DNA of 64,000 nucleotides from a virus (lineage: Duplodnaviria; Caudoviricetes), in the IMG/VR virus record IMGVR_UViG_3300005764_000017, positions 1,483 through 65,482 of that record; one strand, given 5' to 3'. The position numbers were made by a program, and so were the translations under genes. Of the stretch, positions 34,636 to 42,457 are shown piece after piece. The notes below the pieces were generated by a model. That model was not told the DNA's origin. It worked only from the letters and a program-made list of their open reading frames with translations, and made no database searches. Position 1 is the first letter of the stretch. Every line of letters starts with the position of its first letter.

Positions 34636-36443
34636 ACCGGATCAAGATCGTCCTGCCGCTCTACGGGGTCGTCAGCGCGAAGTTCCTGATCCACTGGCTG
34701 GAGTTCCAGCAGCAGATCGCGCGCTACAACCAACGGGCCGGCCAGGCGTACGCCACCGTCACCGTCACCGAGATGGCCCCCGTCGACCTGGCCATGAACG
34801 ACATGGTCAAGGCCGCGCTGGGCGACCCGACGTGGGACTACGCCTTCGTCATCGAGCAGGACATGCGGATGCCCCCGGGGCTGCTGGATCGCATCGGGAG
34901 GCTCGAACCGGAGGAGGTGCCGATCTACGGCTGCCTGTACTTCGGTCGCGCCAAGGACAACCAGGCGCCGATCCCCGGCTACTGGCGCAAGGGGCGTCTT
35001 CACCGTCTCACATACGACGAGGTCTGCACGATGCTGCCCGAGCGCGGCGGCCGCGCTGGCCTGCACCGCGTGGACACCGTCGGCATGGGCGCGACTGCGA
35101 TCCATCGCAGTGTGTTCGAGCGCTGGCCGTGGACGCCTTCGCACCCCTGGTTCCGCTTCGACTACGACCACATGGGACCGATCGGGCACGACGTCTGGTT
35201 CTGCGTCGAGGCTGGCCGCCAGGGCTACCCGGTCTACGTGGACTCCTCAATGGTCGCCAAGCACATCGGGGACTGGCAGTCGGACCAGCACTCCTACCTG
35301 GCGACAACCGAGCACGCGATGGCCATCGTCAAGGCGCTGGGCGACGCGGCCGCATCCGTTCCCGTCGTGCTGACCTACGTCGAGGGCAGCCTTCGCCCGG
35401 AGACGGAGGTCGCCGCCGCCGAGTCCGGGCTGCCGGTGGTACGCACGGAGATGCTGGGCGACCACTCCCTCCACGCCGCCATGGCCGCCCGCTGGGTCGC
35501 GGGCGAGTCGTTCATCACGCTGGAGCAGGACATCGTGCCGCACGAGGGCGCGCTGCGCGAACTCGCCGCCTGCCCCGAACCGTGGTGCGCCTTTGCCTAC
35601 GAGTACCCGCCCTTCGGGGAGTACGCAGGGATGGGCTGCGCCAAGTTCTCGCGGGACCTCATCGCCCGCTTCCCTGACGCGATGACAGACACGGCGAAGT
35701 GGTCGGACGACCAGCACCCGGCGAGGCACTGGTGCCGGGTGGACGGCTGGCTCAAGCAGTACCTGCTGGAACGCGGCGCAACCCAGCACATCCACGGCAG
35801 GGTGAGACACCTTCATCGGGGCCGGCCTGCACACGACTGCGTCACCGCCCCGCCGCTGCCGGACGACATCCCGACCGCGATGACCGAAGCCGAGGCCAGG
35901 AAACTGGCGCGATTCGCCGAGGGCAAGCGTGTCCTGGAGATGGGGGCGCACCTGGGGTTCTCTACTGTCGTCCTTGCGCGGGTCGCCGCGGAGTTCCATT
36001 CGGTCGATTGGCACCGAGGCGATCTCGTGGCCGGGGACGGCGACAGTCTCGCGCAGTTCCGAACCAACCTGCGAAGCCATGGCGTGGAGGATCGAGTCAT
36101 CGTTCATGTGGGTCGCTTCGAGGATGTACTGCCCACGCTGAAGCCCGGCTTCGACCTCGTCTTCGTCGACGGCTGCCACTCCTACGAGGCGGTGCGTCAG
36201 GACATCGAACTTGCGCTTCCGCTGCTGGCGCCGGGTGGAGTCATGGCTCTCCATGACTACGACCGGGAGGCGCAGCCAGGCTTCCGCGATGGCGACTGGG
36301 GCGGCTTCACTGCAGGGGACTTCGGGGTCACGCGAGCTGTCGATGAACTGAGTGCGCCGGATGAGATCGTGGATACACTCGCAGTCGTGCGACTGGCCCC
36401 GCACCGATTGGCGGCGCCGGTCAACGGAGAGCGGACGATTTGA
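34632..36443 (+). CDS. three-domain protein: GT-A, GT-A, class I SAM methyltransferase
   Basis: FVIEQDM..VGMGATAIHRSVF..IGHDVWFC; ITLEQDIVP..GMGCAKF; VLEMGAHLGFST..VFVDGCHSYE..PGGVMALHDY. Confidence 0.8.
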   Translation: MNRIKIVLPLYGVVSAKFLIHWLEFQQQIARYNQRAGQAYATVTVTEMAPVDLAMNDMVKAALGDPTWDYAFVIEQDMRMPPGLLDRIGRLEPEEVPIYGCLYFGRAKDNQAPIPGYWRKGRLHRLTYDEVCTMLPERGGRAGLHRVDTVGMGATAIHRSVFERWPWTPSHPWFRFDYDHMGPIGHDVWFCVEAGRQGYPVYVDSSMVAKHIGDWQSDQHSYLATTEHAMAIVKALGDAAASVPVVLTYVEGSLRPETEVAAAESGLPVVRTEMLGDHSLHAAMAARWVAGESFITLEQDIVPHEGALRELAACPEPWCAFAYEYPPFGEYAGMGCAKFSRDLIARFPDAMTDTAKWSDDQHPARHWCRVDGWLKQYLLERGATQHIHGRVRHLHRGRPAHDCVTAPPLPDDIPTAMTEAEARKLARFAEGKRVLEMGAHLGFSTVVLARVAAEFHSVDWHRGDLVAGDGDSLAQFRTNLRSHGVEDRVIVHVGRFEDVLPTLKPGFDLVFVDGCHSYEAVRQDIELALPLLAPGGVMALHDYDREAQPGFRDGDWGGFTAGDFGVTRAVDELSAPDEIVDTLAVVRLAPHRLAAPVNGERTI

Positions 36444-37195
36444 TGCGCGGCATCGTGTTGGCTGGTGGCCTCGGCTCGCGAATGGGTGCCCTAACGAGGG
36501 TAGTCAACAAGCACCTGCTCCCCGTCTATGACCGCCCGATGATCTCCTATCCGCTCGAGACGTTGCAGGCCATGGACGTCACCCAAGTGGACGTCATCAC
36601 TCGGCCGGAAGATCAGGGCACGTTCTGTCAACTACTGGCCGACGAGTCCGTGAGCCTCGCCTTTCTGACGCAGAAGAATCCGCGAGGGGGCATTGCCGAG
36701 GCGCTGGTCATCGACTTCGACTCCCAGGGGCATCCGCAACCGACAGACCCAGTCGCGCTGATCCTGGGCGACAATCTGTTCCTGGGCGACGGCATGAACA
36801 CGCTTCTGCGCGAACCGTTCGTCGGCGGCGCGCGGATCTTCGTGACCTCGGTCCCGCGCCACGACATCGGCTCGCTGGCCGTCCTCGAGGTGGACGCGGA
36901 CCGTCGCCCGGTTGCCATCGAGGAGAAGCCCGCCGACCCTCGCTCGGATCTGGCGGTGACCGGCCTCTACGTGTTCGACGGGCGCGTCGGCGAGGTGGCG
37001 CGCGCGCTGCGCCCGAGTGCCCGGGGGGAATTGGAGATCGCCGACGTCATCCGCTGGTATCTGGAGCGCGGCGAGCTGGAGTACCGCGTCCTGCCACCGT
37101 CGGTTTACTGGGCCGACCTCGGCACGCCTGACCGACTGCTGCGGGCGTCCTGCCGCATCGAAGTGCTGCGTCAGCGAATGGCGGTGGCGCTGTGA
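36443..37195 (+). CDS. rfbA: glucose-1-phosphate thymidylyltransferase-like sugar nucleotidyltransferase
   Basis: GIVLAGGLGSR, NKHLLPVYDRPMI, LILGDN, EEKPADPRSDLAVTGLY, PSARGELEI, WADLGT; shorter than canonical RmlA. Confidence 0.88.
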   Translation: MRGIVLAGGLGSRMGALTRVVNKHLLPVYDRPMISYPLETLQAMDVTQVDVITRPEDQGTFCQLLADESVSLAFLTQKNPRGGIAEALVIDFDSQGHPQPTDPVALILGDNLFLGDGMNTLLREPFVGGARIFVTSVPRHDIGSLAVLEVDADRRPVAIEEKPADPRSDLAVTGLYVFDGRVGEVARALRPSARGELEIADVIRWYLERGELEYRVLPPSVYWADLGTPDRLLRASCRIEVLRQRMAVAL

Positions 37196-37455
37196 CTGAG
37201 TCCTGGCATGCGACCCTCGGGGGCTACAACAACCACGGCTGCCGCCTTATCTGTTGCCGTGCCGCGAAGGCGGCGGCGATGCGCGAGTACCGCAAAGCCC
37301 TGCGAGATGGGGGCTACGTGCCCGAGCATGTCCACGGTAGCCTGAACGGCTACCGCAACTACGGATGTCGATGCCGGCCGTGCAGCAAAGTGGGGCAGGC
37401 CGAGCGCAGGGCGCGCTATCGTCGTCAGGGCGAGCACCAGAAAGTCGGGAGCTGA
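37192..37455 (+). CDS. small protein with duplicated His/Cys motif
   Basis: HATLGGYNNHGCR..CCRAA and HGSLNGYRNYGCRCRPC. Confidence 0.6.
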   Translation: MTESWHATLGGYNNHGCRLICCRAAKAAAMREYRKALRDGGYVPEHVHGSLNGYRNYGCRCRPCSKVGQAERRARYRRQGEHQKVGS

Positions 37456-37458
37456 CCC

Positions 37459-38355
37459 ATGGCCTCCACCGCCTATGGCACGATGGCTGACTTCGCGCTC
37501 TACATGAAGGACGTGAACCAGCCCGTCAACCAGGAGATCGCGACCTTCCTCCTGAGTTCGGTGAGCCGCTGGGTGGACAACCAGATGGGCCAGTACTTCT
37601 ACTCCGACGGCGTCTCGACCAAGTACTTCGACAGCTCCGGCGAGGCCAGCGTCGAGACCGGCCAGCACCGCTTCTACGGCAAGATCGGGACCATCGGTGC
37701 CGTCAGCGTCGGCGCCACGTCGCTGACGTTCACGCTGCTTCGTGGTCCTGCCCCGGTCCAGGGAGATGTGCTCATCCTCGACGTGGCCGGCACCCAGGAG
37801 ACGGTGACTATCAACGGGGCCGTGACCGGCACCCCCCCGGGCCCGTTCACCTGTCCCGTCACGGCGACCGCGTTCGGTCACGTGGCCGGGACCTCGGCGA
37901 CGACCATCCAGGTCAAGTTGGCCTACTTCGAGAACCAGCCGCTCGCCCAGTGGGTCACCGTGCTCTCGGGGAACGGCATTGCGCCGCCCTCGAACTACTT
38001 CCTGTACCCGCGCAATCCGCGGAATGCCGACTCGTCCGCCGACCCGACGCAGCTACGGCCGTGGGAGGCGATCGACATCGCCCACATCCCGATCTCCCAG
38101 ACGCAGTTCCTGCCCTCCAGTATCCCCGGCTACCTGACCGCGAGCGTGACAGCGAACTGGGGCTGGCCGGTCGTGCCAGACCCGATCAAGGACTTCACGG
38201 TCCGCTGGGCCGTCAAGATGTGGCGCGCACGCGCGGCGGGCTGGGCGGAGTCCCTCGGCGACACGAACACCGGGATCGTGCACGAGTTCCTGAAGCTCAA
38301 TGCGATGGACGAGGCCACCGTGCTCGCGCACGACTACAAGCAGTGGGCGTTCTGA
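37459..38355 (+). CDS. head-tail adaptor (gp6/gp15-like) with beta-domain insertion
   Basis: AYGTMADFALY, SVSRWVDNQMG, VTANWGWPVVPDPIK. Confidence 0.75.
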   Translation: MASTAYGTMADFALYMKDVNQPVNQEIATFLLSSVSRWVDNQMGQYFYSDGVSTKYFDSSGEASVETGQHRFYGKIGTIGAVSVGATSLTFTLLRGPAPVQGDVLILDVAGTQETVTINGAVTGTPPGPFTCPVTATAFGHVAGTSATTIQVKLAYFENQPLAQWVTVLSGNGIAPPSNYFLYPRNPRNADSSADPTQLRPWEAIDIAHIPISQTQFLPSSIPGYLTASVTANWGWPVVPDPIKDFTVRWAVKMWRARAAGWAESLGDTNTGIVHEFLKLNAMDEATVLAHDYKQWAF

Positions 38356-38747
38356 TGCGGCGCAAGGGCCACATCGTCCACCACCCGATGTCCGCGACGG
38401 CCAGGGCGAAGCTCAGCGCGCGGATGAAGGCGCAGAAGCACAAGCCGCTCTCGGCGGCGGCCCGCGCCAAGCTCTCAGACCGCATGAAGGCGCTTTCCGC
38501 CCGGCGGAAGGGCCTGCGCCGGAAGCTGTCAGCGCTCGCCCGAGCCCGACTGAGCGCCCGCATGAAGGCGCTGGCGGCGAAGCGGGGGGCGCTGCACCTC
38601 CACCGCCGGATGTCCGCGGCGGCGCACGCGAAGCTGATCGCCCGACTGAAGGCGATGAAGCACCACAAGCTGAGCGCGGCGACCCGGGCCAAGATCGCGG
38701 CGAAGCTCAAGGGTCGCCACCGACGGCGGCGCCGCGTGGTGCGGTAG
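38355..38747 (+). CDS. very basic repeat protein (NUMOD3-like repeats)
   Basis: Five (M/L)SAxARAKLSxRMKA-type units; 130 aa with a single acidic residue; TGATG coupling. Confidence 0.7.
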   Translation: MRRKGHIVHHPMSATARAKLSARMKAQKHKPLSAAARAKLSDRMKALSARRKGLRRKLSALARARLSARMKALAAKRGALHLHRRMSAAAHAKLIARLKAMKHHKLSAATRAKIAAKLKGRHRRRRRVVR

Positions 38748-39263
38748 GTGCCGATCCCGACCCTGCTCTCGATCCTCGACAAGGTCGGCTTGCTGATTGG
38801 TGGGACGCAGCCGAATCCGATCGGCAGCCCGCACTTCTACAGCGGCCTCCAGGTCGGCGACAACACGGGCGTGGCCGGCATTGCCGGTTGCTACTCGATC
38901 CCGCCGGAGACCCTTCCAGATCCGCCCGTTGCGCTCCTCTACCCGTCTAGCTTCGATGCCATGGGGCCCGCGCACGCTGGCCAGCTCATGCAGGGCAACG
39001 AGGACAACCAGGACGACATCACGATCTGGGTCCTTCTCTGGCGCAACGACCTCCCTACGCAGTACGCAGCCATGGTGCCGTTCCGCGACTCGATCCCCGC
39101 GCTGTTCCGCCAGCACATGCAACTGGGCGGGCTCATCAATATCGACGCCTTCATCATCCACGGCCACACCGGCCGGATGGTGCACGAGGCGGTCGAGTAC
39201 ATCGGCTGGGAATTCACGCTCCGCATCCGCCAGCTCTACAGCGTCACGTACGCCGACTCGTAG
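38748..39263 (+). CDS. putative tail terminator / completion protein
   Basis: Position before tail tube; PPVALLYP, EFTLRIRQ. Confidence 0.6.
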   Translation: MPIPTLLSILDKVGLLIGGTQPNPIGSPHFYSGLQVGDNTGVAGIAGCYSIPPETLPDPPVALLYPSSFDAMGPAHAGQLMQGNEDNQDDITIWVLLWRNDLPTQYAAMVPFRDSIPALFRQHMQLGGLINIDAFIIHGHTGRMVHEAVEYIGWEFTLRIRQLYSVTYADS

Positions 39264-39271
39264 CCGCCGCT

Positions 39272-39372
39272 CTAGCTGTGCCTCTCGTCGAGCCAGAGCA
39301 GGCCCAACAGGAGTAATCCGCACAGGCTCCCACGGGCACAGCGACCGCCAACGCGACGAGCACGTCATTCAC
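39272..39372 (-). pseudogene. frameshifted paralog of the small membrane protein at 62400-62513
   Basis: VNDVLVALAVAVPVG + (one base missing) SLCGLLLLGLLWLDERHS* aligns without gaps to DALVALAIAVPVVLLGTALLALVLYLDERR. Confidence 0.65.
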
Positions 39373-39390
39373 CGTCCGGGAGCTTACGCC

Positions 39391-39576
39391 ATGCCCCGCT
39401 ACCGCTTCACCGGGACCACCGAAGAGGACTTCCCCGTCCCGCCGATCGCACGTCGCTTGTACCCCGGCGACGTGGTCGAGACCGAGGAGCCGGTCGAGCA
39501 CGCCCGGCTCGAGCTGCTGCCCGAGAAGAGCAAGAAGACCGCCGCCGCCATCCCGGCGAGCCCCGCTAAGGAGTAA
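39391..39576 (+). CDS. small hypothetical tail-region protein
   Basis: MPRYRFTGTTEEDFP...PGDVVE. Confidence 0.55.
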   Translation: MPRYRFTGTTEEDFPVPPIARRLYPGDVVETEEPVEHARLELLPEKSKKTAAAIPASPAKE

Positions 39577-39579
39577 GCG

Positions 39580-40767
39580 ATGCCCGCGTCCACCCAACTC
39601 TCATACCTCGGCATCGCCAAGGAGTCCTCAAAAGGCACGGGGGTGGCGCCGACCGCGTTCCTCCCCGTCAAGACCATCAACCCCGAGGACGTGGTCAAGT
39701 ACCTGCCCGTCGAGGTCTTCAAGGGTGCCTTCCCGAAGGTTTACGGCGAGGTGCAGGGCTACAAGAACACGGCGTTCGAGATCGGGGGTCCGGTCTTCGC
39801 CGACACCTTCGGTTGGCCGCTCGCCGGCATCCTGGGCGACATCACCACGACCACCAGCCGGACGGTCAACGACGGCGTGACCAACTCGACCACGACCGTG
39901 ACGAGTGCCACCGCCTCGTTCGTGGCCGGGGACGTGGGCAAGCAGATCAGCGGCGGCTCGATCCCGACCGGCGCGGTGATCCAGAGCGTGACGAACGGCA
40001 CCACGGTGGTCATCTCCGCGGCTGCCACGGCCAGCGCCAGCGGCCTGACCCTCGTCATCGGCCCTCCGGACTGGCACGTCATCAACGTCAACAACGGCAC
40101 GTCCGGTGGCGGTCAGGTGACCAGTCACACGCTGACCGACTTCTACAACTCCTCGGCAGGTTCGCCTGCTCGGCAGTATGCCGGGCACCAGTGGCACGAG
40201 GTGGCCGTCAAGTTCACCGCCGAGGGGCTACTGGAGCACACCAGCAAGGGCACCGGCCTGGTTCCCTCCGTCCAGGTTGCCAAGCCTTCGCAGTCCTTCA
40301 CGACAGTCAACCCGACGCCGTCCTGGACCGGCATCGTGACCATCGGCGGCACGGTCATCTCGACGATCGCCGACGGCGACCTGACGATCACCCGGACGAT
40401 GGAGCTGATCCCGGCGCTGACCGGCACACAGCAGTACGCCAACGTGTGGCTGGGCGAGATCACCTGCAAGGGCAAGCTGGTGGCGATCGTCACCGACGAC
40501 ACTGAGCTGACGCGGATGCTGACCAACACGCAGCCATCGCTCGACCTGAACTTCAGCCAGGGCTCCGGCGCGACGTCGCAGCAGGTCATCTTCCACATGA
40601 CCAACTGCGCCTACCTGAAGGCGAAGCCGAACCGCGGCAAGCAGTGGGTCGCCTACGACATCGAGTGGGAGGCGGTCGGCAACTCCACCGATGTGGGTGC
40701 GTCGGGCGGCTTCGGCGTAGTGACGGCGAAGCTGGGGAACAACATCGCCACCGGGACGTACATCTGA
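39580..40767 (+). CDS. major tail (tube) protein with inserted ~70-aa domain
   Basis: LSYLGIAKESSKGTGV start, position before chaperones and tape measure. Confidence 0.8.
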   Translation: MPASTQLSYLGIAKESSKGTGVAPTAFLPVKTINPEDVVKYLPVEVFKGAFPKVYGEVQGYKNTAFEIGGPVFADTFGWPLAGILGDITTTTSRTVNDGVTNSTTTVTSATASFVAGDVGKQISGGSIPTGAVIQSVTNGTTVVISAAATASASGLTLVIGPPDWHVINVNNGTSGGGQVTSHTLTDFYNSSAGSPARQYAGHQWHEVAVKFTAEGLLEHTSKGTGLVPSVQVAKPSQSFTTVNPTPSWTGIVTIGGTVISTIADGDLTITRTMELIPALTGTQQYANVWLGEITCKGKLVAIVTDDTELTRMLTNTQPSLDLNFSQGSGATSQQVIFHMTNCAYLKAKPNRGKQWVAYDIEWEAVGNSTDVGASGGFGVVTAKLGNNIATGTYI

Positions 40768-41000
40768 TGGCAATCGATAGCGACGCCGCATGGCCGGGAC
40801 CGCGCTGTTCGCTCTGCGGGAAGGCGGCGAAGTACGCAGCCCAGGACGACGGCGTGACGGCGCTCGGCGAACAGGTGCAGAAGGGCGCGCCAGTCTGCTG
40901 GCGTCACGAGGCGCGCACGGCGGCCGGCGCGTATGTCGGGCTCAAGGACATACCGCTAGCGGCCGCGCAGAACATCACGGCCACGGAGACAACCCCATGA
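40767..41000 (+). CDS. hypothetical protein
   Basis: CSLCG..CWRH; coupled. Confidence 0.45.
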   Translation: MAIDSDAAWPGPRCSLCGKAAKYAAQDDGVTALGEQVQKGAPVCWRHEARTAAGAYVGLKDIPLAAAQNITATETTP

Positions 41001-41515
41001 GAATCGACCTGCCCGGCGGCCACCACGCGGTCCTCCGCGACCCATCCGAGGTCACCGAGCGCCAGCGGCGGCCGATCCACCGCGCCACCCGCGGCATCCG
41101 CCCCGAGATCCTGGAGCGCGGCCGGGCGGTGATGGGCATGAACGATGGTCCTGACGGGAAGCCGACGCCGGAGAAGCAGGCCGCGTCGCTGCAGCTCCAG
41201 TACGACATGACCAACGACGAGGCGGACGCCTTCACCGAAGCAGGCGACTACACGGCGGTGGCCCTGGTCGCGGCCTGGTCGTTCCCGCAGGACGTCACGA
41301 TCGACGGCCTGCTCGACCTACCAGGGCATGCCATCGACGCGCTTCGCAAGGCCGTCGAACCGTTCGCGGGCAAGATGAACCTCGACACGACCGCAGACCC
41401 AAACCGGGTAGCCCCTGGAGGGGGCTCCAACGGCTCCGCAACGCCCTCCGTGGAGGTCTCGCAGACGACCTCCCTGACGAGTGGCGCACCTTCGCCCTCC
41501 TCCGCCTCGGCCTGA
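40997..41515 (+). CDS. tail assembly chaperone (G-like)
   Basis: Position; LVAAWSFPQDVTIDGLLDLP; contains slippery heptamer C CCA AAC at 41398-41404. Confidence 0.75.
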   Translation: MRIDLPGGHHAVLRDPSEVTERQRRPIHRATRGIRPEILERGRAVMGMNDGPDGKPTPEKQAASLQLQYDMTNDEADAFTEAGDYTAVALVAAWSFPQDVTIDGLLDLPGHAIDALRKAVEPFAGKMNLDTTADPNRVAPGGGSNGSATPSVEVSQTTSLTSGAPSPSSASA

Positions 41516-41694
41516 CCCTCTCCGACATCGACAACGCGCCGGCCCTCCGCTTGGACTGGCTACTCGCCATCGCTGATGTGGTCGGCGAGCACGAGCAGGA
41601 CAAGGTACGGGGCCCGGACCAAACCTCGGCGACGCTCCCGGACGGGATGCGCGAGGTCCGGATCAACTACCGGGAGATGGAGGCGCAGGGATGA
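41398..41694 (+). CDS. -1 frameshift extension of the chaperone (GT-like product 40997-41694)
   Basis: X XXY YYZ site in correct phase; -1 frame open to TGA 41692-41694, overlapping the next ATG. Confidence 0.75.
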   Translation, partial: PKPGSPWRGLQRLRNALRGGLADDLPDEWRTFALLRLGLTLSDIDNAPALRLDWLLAIADVVGEHEQDKVRGPDQTSATLPDGMREVRINYREMEAQG

Positions 41695-42101
41695 GCATCG
41701 TCTGGTCCGGCGTCGAGGAGTTCGCCGCAGCCCTGGGACGTGTCGGCGAGCGCACGTCCATCGAGGCCCGCGCGGCCTTGGCGGAGGTGGCCAGCGAACT
41801 GGAGAAGGTGGCCAAACGGAACGCGAGCGGGCGCCCTGGCCCGAACGTGGTCACTGGCACGCTGCGGCGGAGCATCACGCACGACCCGATCACGCCGTGG
41901 GGGATCGGCGGATGGCAGACAAAGGTCGGCCCTACAGTGATCTATGGGCGCCGCATTGAACTAGGTTTCAAGGGGGCGGACTCACTCGGCCGAGTGTTCG
42001 ACGCGCCGGGCTATCCGTACTTCGGGCCCGCGTTCCGACAGGTCGTGCCGCGCATCCCCGAGATCATGCGCAGGCACATCGCGACCGCGCTGATGGGCTA
42101 G
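41691..42101 (+). CDS. HK97 gp10-like tail component
   Basis: PNVVTGTLRRSI, VIYGRRIELG, PYFGPAF. Confidence 0.8.
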   Translation: MSIVWSGVEEFAAALGRVGERTSIEARAALAEVASELEKVAKRNASGRPGPNVVTGTLRRSITHDPITPWGIGGWQTKVGPTVIYGRRIELGFKGADSLGRVFDAPGYPYFGPAFRQVVPRIPEIMRRHIATALMG

Positions 42102-42418
42102 TCCGCCCGTCTCCGGGCCAACTCCTCGCGGATCCACTCGGCGGCCTCATCTGCCGCTCCGCTTCGGCCGACCATCGTGTTCACGGCCGCCCGTCCCAGC
42201 ACGACGCCCTTGCCGACGAGCTGGACGAACGTCTGCCGCATGTTCGACGGACCCTGGCCGAGGGCGGTCACATCGACCGTAGCCGTCTCCACATCCGCGA
42301 TCGGCACGCGCGCCTGCTGCGCGCCGAGTGTGCCCCGGACGACGAGCCAATCGCCATCGAACTCGACGCGGATCTTGGCGCCCGGCCGCCACCCAAACGT
42401 CCTGCTGATCTTGCCCAT
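42098..42418 (-). CDS. small antisense-oriented protein, possible PH-like fold (moron)
   Basis: GGAGG RBS on minus strand; MGKISRTFGWRPGAKIRVEFDGDWLVVRG..RVPIADVETATV. Confidence 0.65.
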   Translation of the reverse strand: MGKISRTFGWRPGAKIRVEFDGDWLVVRGTLGAQQARVPIADVETATVDVTALGQGPSNMRQTFVQLVGKGVVLGRAAVNTMVGRSGAADEAAEWIREELARRRAD

Positions 42419-42457
42419 GCCACCTCCCGGCGGGGAGCGTAGCACCAGGAGGCCCAC

